In this document: one piece after another, positions 57,734 through 64,000 of the stretch
How positions within the stretch are numbered: position 1 is the stretch's first letter
How the letters are laid out: each line of letters starts with the position of its first letter
Origin: Prolixibacteraceae bacterium
Lineage (GTDB): Bacteria; Bacteroidota; Bacteroidia; Bacteroidales; Prolixibacteraceae
Direction of reading: 5' to 3'
DNA length: 64,000 bases
Assembly (NCBI GenBank): GCA_963692465.1
Contig: OY829943.1
Span: 417,935-481,934 of the forward strand
The notes under the pieces: generated by a model
The model's input: the letters and a program-made list of their open reading frames with translations, nothing else
Database searches by the model: none
Told to the model about the DNA's origin: nothing
Translations under genes and position numbers: made by a program

Positions 57734-59047
57734 TCAGCTACAGGTATCAAGCATAAAGTTTTTAAATTGTTCGAATTCGGAAGAAAGGGCTATCGATTTC
57801 TTCTCTCCTTTCATAAAAACTTTCAGCTTTTCTGGAACTACGATTGTTCCTTTCCCAACAATCTCTTCCATCGTCGGTAAGAATTTTGCAGGATGAGCTG
57901 TTTCCAAAAATACACCAACCTGACCTTCTTTCAAGTACGTCTTCAATCCATTGAATGCACAGGCCCCATGAGGATCTAAAAGATACCCCAAGTTCTTATA
58001 AGTCGATTTAATTGTCTGACGAATCTCTTCATCTGAAAAACGACATCCTTGTATCATACGGGCAATCGCCGAATGTGATCCGTCATACAAATCCAATATC
58101 CGGGCAAAGTTACTGGGACTTCCTACATCCATTGCATTAGCAATAGTCTCAACAGAAGGAACCGGATCATATTTACCCGTTTGAAGATACCGGTAAACAA
58201 CATCATTCTCATTGTTAGCCGCAATAAACTGTTCGATCGGTAATCCCATCTCACGAGCAAAAAGTCCGGCCGTTATATTTCCAAAATTTCCACTGGGAAC
58301 AGCAAATACCAAATCCTTATTTCTTAATGCTCCTATTTCTTTCAATCGGGCATATGCATTAAAATAATAAAACGACTGGGGTAAAAACCGGGCAACATTG
58401 ATTGAATTCGCAGAGGTCAAATAAAGCACCTTTCGCAAATCTCTGTCAAGAAATGCCTGTTTAACCAAACGCTGACAGTCATCAAAATTTCCATCAACCT
58501 CCAATGCTGTAATATTGGCACCTAACGTTGTAAACTGCTTTTCCTGAATTTCACTCACCTTCCCTTTCGGATAAAGAACGAATACTTTTATTCCCGGCAC
58601 ATTAAGGAACCCGTTAGCTACTGCACTTCCGGTATCTCCTGATGTTGCAACCAACACATTAACAATCTGATCTGAACCTTCAATAAAATATTCAAGCAAA
58701 CGAGCCATAAAACGAGCCCCTACATCTTTAAACGCAAGAGTCGGCCCATGGAAAAGTTCAAGCGACCAAATCCGATCTGTTACCGAAACAATCGGACAAT
58801 CAAAATTAAGGGTATCATCAACAATCTTTTTCAACCTCGACGATTCAATGTCTTCCCCAAAAAATTTGAATGCAACTTCTTCAGCTATTTCTTGAAAAGA
58901 TAATTGATCAATCTCCTCAAAGAAATGAGAATCAAATTTTTCAATCCGATCCGGCATAAATAGTCCTTTATCATCGGCGAGGCCGGAGACAACGGCCTCT
59001 TTCAGACTAATTCCGCTAATTTTTTTATTGGTACTATAATATTTCAT
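57734..59047 (-). CDS. thrC: Threonine synthase
   Basis: PLP lysine context HGPTLAFKDVG, ATSGDTGSA, 437 aa. Confidence 0.93.
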   Translation of the reverse strand: MKYYSTNKKISGISLKEAVVSGLADDKGLFMPDRIEKFDSHFFEEIDQLSFQEIAEEVAFKFFGEDIESSRLKKIVDDTLNFDCPIVSVTDRIWSLELFHGPTLAFKDVGARFMARLLEYFIEGSDQIVNVLVATSGDTGSAVANGFLNVPGIKVFVLYPKGKVSEIQEKQFTTLGANITALEVDGNFDDCQRLVKQAFLDRDLRKVLYLTSANSINVARFLPQSFYYFNAYARLKEIGALRNKDLVFAVPSGNFGNITAGLFAREMGLPIEQFIAANNENDVVYRYLQTGKYDPVPSVETIANAMDVGSPSNFARILDLYDGSHSAIARMIQGCRFSDEEIRQTIKSTYKNLGYLLDPHGACAFNGLKTYLKEGQVGVFLETAHPAKFLPTMEEIVGKGTIVVPEKLKVFMKGEKKSIALSSEFEQFKNFMLDTCS

Positions 59048-59107
59048 CGTTCTTAATTTAATAATTCGAAAACTGATTCTTCTCAGGCAAAAAACCAGAA
59101 TATCCTA

Positions 59108-60313
59108 TCATTTTAATAACTCTTTAATAAATTCAGTCCCATATAAAACACCATATTCTCCTTCTTTTACTGAATCTTCATTGAATATAGTTACACAATC
59201 AGCCTGAATTCCTGGTTTATAGATTACAAAAGGAACAGGCTTCCGGGTATGAGTTCGAATAGCACAGGGAGTCGGATGATCAGGTAACAAAGCAATACAT
59301 ACCGGTTCGTCAAAAGAAGCGACAGCTTTCATTATCGGCCCCAATACCCGATGGTCAATATCTTCAATAGTCTGCTTTTTCAACAAATAGTCCCCTTCGT
59401 GACCAGCCTCATCCGGAGCTTCAATGTGTAGATAGACCAAATCATTCTTCTTGAGTGCCTCAATTGCAGCCTGTGCTTTTCCCTCATAATTGGTATTGAA
59501 TAATCCGGTAGCTCCTTTGACTTTAATAATCTCCATTCCTGCATATACTCCAATTCCCTGAATCAAATCAACTGCAGAAATAACAGCAGTATGATTCAGA
59601 CCATACATCTCTTTCAGAGTTTCCATACGCGGTCTGTAACCCGGAGACCATGGCCAGATTGAGTTAGCAGGATCTTTCCCTTCCGCTTTTCGTTTTAAAT
59701 TAATCGGATGATTTTCTAAAATCTTCATTGATTCAACAATCAACCGGTTTAAAAGCTCTGCGGTAGGTTCTGCTTCTGGCACCTGTGCCTTCACCAAAAT
59801 ATTGCGCCAGGGAGTCCCCGGAACATCATGAGGAGGAATACAATCAATACGTTTATCCCCTCCTTTTATAACTAAAAGATGTCGGTAAGAAACTCCTTTA
59901 TAAAAACGCACCCGATCTGTTCCTAATTTTTCTGAAAGAACATCAATCAATTCATGGGCCTCTTTATTCGTAATATGACCTGCCGAATGATTTTTCAGGT
60001 TATCACCTTCAATAGAAACCAGATTGCACCGCATAGCCATATCATCCGAGCCCAACTCTACCCCAATACTGGCAGCTTCCAAAACTCCTCTTCCTTCATA
60101 AATCTGCTCAACATCGTAGCCCAAGACAGCAGAATTTGCAACTTCACTTCCAGGATGAAGACTCTCTGGAACAGTCACTAATTGTCCGTTTCTCCCTATT
60201 CTGGCCAGTTCATCCATATAAGGTGTATCTGCAGCCATCAATGGTGTTTGGTTATTTAATTCTTTTATCGGTTCATCGGCCATTCCATCAGCCAATAATA
60301 TCAGGTATTTCAT
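59108..60313 (-). CDS. Cofactor-independent phosphoglycerate-mutase-like (ApgM-type metalloenzyme); probable non-canonical homoserine kinase
   Basis: Alkaline-phosphatase-superfamily motifs (LILLADGMAD, HIEAPDEAGHEG, LLPDHPTP). It sits between thrA and thrC where thrB would be expected. Confidence 0.75.
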   Translation of the reverse strand: MKYLILLADGMADEPIKELNNQTPLMAADTPYMDELARIGRNGQLVTVPESLHPGSEVANSAVLGYDVEQIYEGRGVLEAASIGVELGSDDMAMRCNLVSIEGDNLKNHSAGHITNKEAHELIDVLSEKLGTDRVRFYKGVSYRHLLVIKGGDKRIDCIPPHDVPGTPWRNILVKAQVPEAEPTAELLNRLIVESMKILENHPINLKRKAEGKDPANSIWPWSPGYRPRMETLKEMYGLNHTAVISAVDLIQGIGVYAGMEIIKVKGATGLFNTNYEGKAQAAIEALKKNDLVYLHIEAPDEAGHEGDYLLKKQTIEDIDHRVLGPIMKAVASFDEPVCIALLPDHPTPCAIRTHTRKPVPFVIYKPGIQADCVTIFNEDSVKEGEYGVLYGTEFIKELLK

Positions 60314-60326
60314 TTTTTCTGTTTTT

Positions 60327-62756
60327 TTAAATGTTAGACACTCTCATGATATCTGCAAATACTCCGGCAGCTGTAACATCAGCCCCAGCTCCATATCCTT
60401 TAATAATCATCGGATACTGGTTATAACGATCGGTTGTAAAAAGAAAAACATTATTACTTCCTTCCAGTTCGTAAAAAGGATGATTAGGCGGAACCGTTTC
60501 AATACCCACGGTTGCTTTACCCTCTTCATAACGAGCAACGAAACGCATCCTTTTCCCTTCAGACGCGGCTTTAGCTGCAATCTCTCCAAAAATTTTATCG
60601 TACGCTTTGATCTTTTGAAGAAAGTCCGCCGCCGGACCTTCAAAATATTCCTCCGGAATAAAACTTTTCACATCAACCTCTTCCTGCTCAAGGCAATAGC
60701 CTGATTCACGAGCCAAAATAACGAGTTTACGAACTACATCTCTTCCACATAAATCAATTCTCGGATCCGGTTCTGTATACCCTTTTTCTCTGGCCAGACT
60801 AATTGCTTCACTAAGCGGAGTTTTTTCATCAACTACATTAAAAATGAAATTCAAAGTTCCTGAAAGAACCGCTTCAATCTTTATGATTTTATCCCCCGAA
60901 TTTCTTAAATCATTTAGGGTATTAATAACCGGCAGTCCGGCACCAACATTAGTCTCAATAAGAAATTTCACACCTCTTAAGGCTGCCGTATGTTTCAATT
61001 CCAGATAATCGGAATAAGCAGAAGAGGCCGCAATCTTATTCGCTGCAACAATCGAAATATTATTATCAAGAATCGGCTTATAAAAAGCCACAGGAGCATC
61101 TCCTGCCGTACAATCAACAAATAATGCATTAAAAAGATTCAGAGATATGATTCTTTTTACAAATTGCTCAAGATTTGCAGGTTCTCCCTGTTCCTCTAGA
61201 ATTTTTTGCCACTCATCTAACAATATTCCCTCTCGTGAAAAATACATATTCCGGGTATTGGTAATCCCGACAATTCTCAACCGGAGTCTTTTACCCCGCA
61301 ATAATTTTTCCTTCTGCTGTCTGATTTGATCCAACAAATGACTGGAAACCCGACCAGTACCAACAATGAACACATTCAGTTCATTATACGGAGAAAGAAA
61401 AAACGCCTCATGAGCTACATTCAAAGTCTTGTACAAATCCCGGTCAGCAACAACCCACGAAAGATTAAATTCCGAGGCTCCCTGTGCTATCGCTATAACA
61501 TTAATTCCACTCTTCCCCAAAGTATTAAATAGTTTTCCGGCAATACCTGGTGATTGTTTCATATGCTCCCCAACAATGGCTACAATACTTAGATCTTGTT
61601 CAATCTGAATACAATTAATAATACCACGTTTTATCTCCACATCAAATTCGCGATGCAAAGCTACATCTGCCTTATCTGAGAAATTCGCATCAATGGCAAC
61701 ACTAATGGAATTTTCAGAAGAAGCCTGTGAGATTAGAATAACATTAATTTCCTGTTCAGCAAAAACACTGAATAGTCTTGCTGAAATGCCTGTAACTCCA
61801 ACCATTCCCAAGCCCTGCACGGTTATCAGTGCAATACCCGGAATGGAAGAGATTCCTTTTACCGGTTTACCAACCCCATTTTTCCCAAGTTCTGAGATAA
61901 CTGTTCCTGCAGCTTCGGAATTTGATAAATTACGAATATGAAGCGGTATTTTCTTTTTATAGATCGGAATAATTCCCGGAGGATATAAAACACCAGCTCC
62001 AAAATGAGATAATTCCATTGCTTCCGCATAGCTCAATCGTTCAATTGGATAAGATTGATCAACCACTTCCGGATCTGCGGTCATAAAACCATCAACAGAA
62101 GTCCATATCTCCAGAATGTCTGCATCAAGAACTGATGCTATAAGTGAAGCCGTGTAATCCGATCCGCCACGCCCTAGTGTTGTTATATTTCCGGTCACCG
62201 AAGATGCAATATATCCGGCAATAACAGGAATTCCTTCAAGTCCTGTTATTGCTTCAATGATTGCTTTCTGTGTATATTGATGATCCACATTTGCTTTACC
62301 AAAATCATCGTCAGTTTTAACAATTTTCAGTGCATCAATCGGTACTGCTCTCGGAATAAAATATTCTATAATCTGCCATATAAAACGTTCCCCAAAACTC
62401 AGAATCCGATCCTGAAGAGCCGGAGTAAGTTCCCTTACCATCGAAACCCCTTTTGCATACCTTTCCAGCTCAGAAAAAAGTGACAAAAATTCACTTCTGA
62501 CAAGATCCCTTTGATCCTCGTTAAACAAAGAATCGATCAAATTTAAATGACACGTTCGTATTTCTGATAATGTTATATGATAATCCGACGAAAAAGCAGC
62601 TGCTTCATTGGCAGCTTTAAGTAATTGATCGGTTATTCCACGCATAGCCGAAACAACTACAACAACTTGATCTTTTTCTTTAACAATAATTTCCTTCATT
62701 TTAAGAAAACTCTGAGGACTATATAAAGAGTCTCCTCCAAATTTCAAAACTTTCAT
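60327..62756 (-). CDS. thrA: Bifunctional aspartokinase / homoserine dehydrogenase
   Basis: 809 aa. MKVLKFGGDS, GRGGSDYTA, two ACT regions, and a C-terminal homoserine dehydrogenase domain (VFIVGTGRVS ... GAGADVTAAGVFADI). Confidence 0.95.
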   Translation of the reverse strand: MKVLKFGGDSLYSPQSFLKMKEIIVKEKDQVVVVVSAMRGITDQLLKAANEAAAFSSDYHITLSEIRTCHLNLIDSLFNEDQRDLVRSEFLSLFSELERYAKGVSMVRELTPALQDRILSFGERFIWQIIEYFIPRAVPIDALKIVKTDDDFGKANVDHQYTQKAIIEAITGLEGIPVIAGYIASSVTGNITTLGRGGSDYTASLIASVLDADILEIWTSVDGFMTADPEVVDQSYPIERLSYAEAMELSHFGAGVLYPPGIIPIYKKKIPLHIRNLSNSEAAGTVISELGKNGVGKPVKGISSIPGIALITVQGLGMVGVTGISARLFSVFAEQEINVILISQASSENSISVAIDANFSDKADVALHREFDVEIKRGIINCIQIEQDLSIVAIVGEHMKQSPGIAGKLFNTLGKSGINVIAIAQGASEFNLSWVVADRDLYKTLNVAHEAFFLSPYNELNVFIVGTGRVSSHLLDQIRQQKEKLLRGKRLRLRIVGITNTRNMYFSREGILLDEWQKILEEQGEPANLEQFVKRIISLNLFNALFVDCTAGDAPVAFYKPILDNNISIVAANKIAASSAYSDYLELKHTAALRGVKFLIETNVGAGLPVINTLNDLRNSGDKIIKIEAVLSGTLNFIFNVVDEKTPLSEAISLAREKGYTEPDPRIDLCGRDVVRKLVILARESGYCLEQEEVDVKSFIPEEYFEGPAADFLQKIKAYDKIFGEIAAKAASEGKRMRFVARYEEGKATVGIETVPPNHPFYELEGSNNVFLFTTDRYNQYPMIIKGYGAGADVTAAGVFADIMRVSNI

Positions 62757-62991
62757 AACATCAATGTATTATCAGAAAATTCATTAAATTTTCAAGTAAA
62801 AAATAGCATAACATAAATCTATGATACACCGTTACAATCACATAAAAAATAATCGAATAAGAGAAAAAGGAACATAACAAATGCAGGAGACCTCTCATCT
62901 TTCCTTCTCAATCTTTCAAAAGGAAAAAGGTCTTAAGAAGCAGGCGGTAATCAGCCCGCCCGCTCTTTGTTTTTTGATGTTGATGGATAGT

Positions 62992-64000
62992 TTATTCGGC
63001 CGAGGCCGTCGTCCCTGAGACGGACGTAAGAATCTTTGATTCTAATTCCTGGGCTAGTTCCAGGTTGTCACGAAGAAGATTTTTAACGGACTCTCTACCT
63101 TGTCCTAATTTTGTGTCACCATAGCTAAACCATGATCCACTCTTTTGAATAATACCGCGCTCTACTCCCATATCAACTATTTCGCCGTTTTTCGAAATAC
63201 CTTCACCATACATGATATCAAAGTCTGCTTTTTTAAATGGAGGTGCCACTTTATTTTTTACTACACGAACCCGAGTATGAGTTCCAAGGACTTCTTCTCC
63301 ATCTTTAATTTGTCCGGTACGTCGGATATCCAAACGAACCGAAGCATAAAATTTGAGAGCATTTCCTCCTGTTGTGGTCTCCGGATTACCGAACATCACC
63401 CCTATTTTTTCCCGCAACTGGTTAATAAAAACACAACAAGTTCCAGTTTTACTAATAGTGGCAGTCAACTTCCGTAATGCCTGCGACATCAAACGAGCCT
63501 GAAGTCCCATTTTAGAATCCCCCATCTCCCCTTCTATCTCTGCCTTAGGAGTCAACGCTGCAACCGAATCAATTACGATAATATCCAGTGCACCCGAACG
63601 AATAAGGTTCTCTGTAATTTCAAGAGCTTGTTCTCCATTGTCGGGTTGAGAGATTAATAAATCGTCTATTTTTACGCCTAACTTTTGTGCATAAAGAGGA
63701 TCAAACGCATGTTCTGCATCAATAATAGCAGCCATACCCCCTGTTTTTTGTGCCTCTGCAATTGCATGAATAGCCAGTGTTGTTTTTCCTGATGATTCCG
63801 GCCCATAAATTTCGATAATACGACCTTTGGGAAGACCGCCTATCCCTAAGGCAATATCAAGCCCCAGAGAACCTGTCGATATAGACGGTATATTCTCCAA
63901 GGGTTTATCGCCCATTCGCATGATAGACCCTTTCCCATAGGTTTTTTCAATCTTATCCATGGTCAACTGAAGTGCTTTCAGTTTCTCCCGATTTGTGTTA
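62992..64000 (-). CDS. recA: Recombinase RecA (5' end beyond the window)
   Basis: [19 protein letters not shown] and [17 protein letters not shown] motifs. The frame remains open upstream of the ORF-track Met at 63966 (...[22 protein letters not shown]) to the window edge. Confidence 0.95.
   Translation of the reverse strand, partial: NTNREKLKALQLTMDKIEKTYGKGSIMRMGDKPLENIPSISTGSLGLDIALGIGGLPKGRIIEIYGPESSGKTTLAIHAIAEAQKTGGMAAIIDAEHAFDPLYAQKLGVKIDDLLISQPDNGEQALEITENLIRSGALDIIVIDSVAALTPKAEIEGEMGDSKMGLQARLMSQALRKLTATISKTGTCCVFINQLREKIGVMFGNPETTTGGNALKFYASVRLDIRRTGQIKDGEEVLGTHTRVRVVKNKVAPPFKKADFDIMYGEGISKNGEIVDMGVERGIIQKSGSWFSYGDTKLGQGRESVKNLLRDNLELAQELESKILTSVSGTTASAE

Noticed and set aside
63966-64000. 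The Met at 63966 as the recA start.
   Set aside because: The frame stays open to the window edge and encodes ...[11 protein letters not shown], which belongs to the conserved RecA N-terminus. The true start is outside the window.

Overview
This is a low-GC, Bacteroidota-type chromosome segment. The taxonomic call is inference from gene content and order only: pdxJ / CBS / nadK / DUF6089-like / uppS / bamA / skp-skp / murI, thrA-apgM-like-thrC, long-form yidC, and COG1373 ATPases. All product calls come from reading motifs in the ORF translations; no database search was possible. Layout: (1) 1-446 is the right end of an IS66-family element. (2) 0.5-13.2 kb is a visibly AT-richer surface-glycan locus. 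It holds two GT4 transferases and an fnlA-cupin-fnlB-fnlC-wbuB-like (L-FucNAc-type) nucleotide-sugar block. It then has an unusual tailoring block: two diverged, divergently transcribed ATP-grasp / secreted SGNH-hydrolase gene pairs plus a stand-alone 2-oxoacid-dehydrogenase-E2-type acyltransferase. (3) 13.2-19.8 kb is an accessory island that separates this locus from its wecA-like initiating transferase (19.8-21.0 kb). The island holds an XRE regulator, an ABC/SMC-type ATPase with a frameshifted downstream partner, an overlapping pair of unknown ORFs, and two COG1373/DUF4143 AAA ATPases. These are stitched together by repeated gene-end fragments and a 33-nt core present three times. This island and the ATP-grasp/SGNH/E2 block are the best candidates for undescribed biology. 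(4) 21-23.2 kb holds a chimeric transposase-N-terminus/LytTR regulator with a coiled-coil partner. (5) The rest is mostly core: mscS-like, pyrG, yidC, tRNA-Thr, a GHL10/HGSNAT-like/GNAT trio, a hyper-acidic small protein, PBP1A, a stomatin-like protein, an ABC-F ATPase, two tandem Lrp/AsnC regulators, an Omp85-like protein with a tandemly duplicated lipoprotein gene, the conserved envelope cluster, malQ, an S9 peptidase, the thr operon and recA (5' end outside the window). I saw no CRISPR array, no rRNA and no intact integrase.
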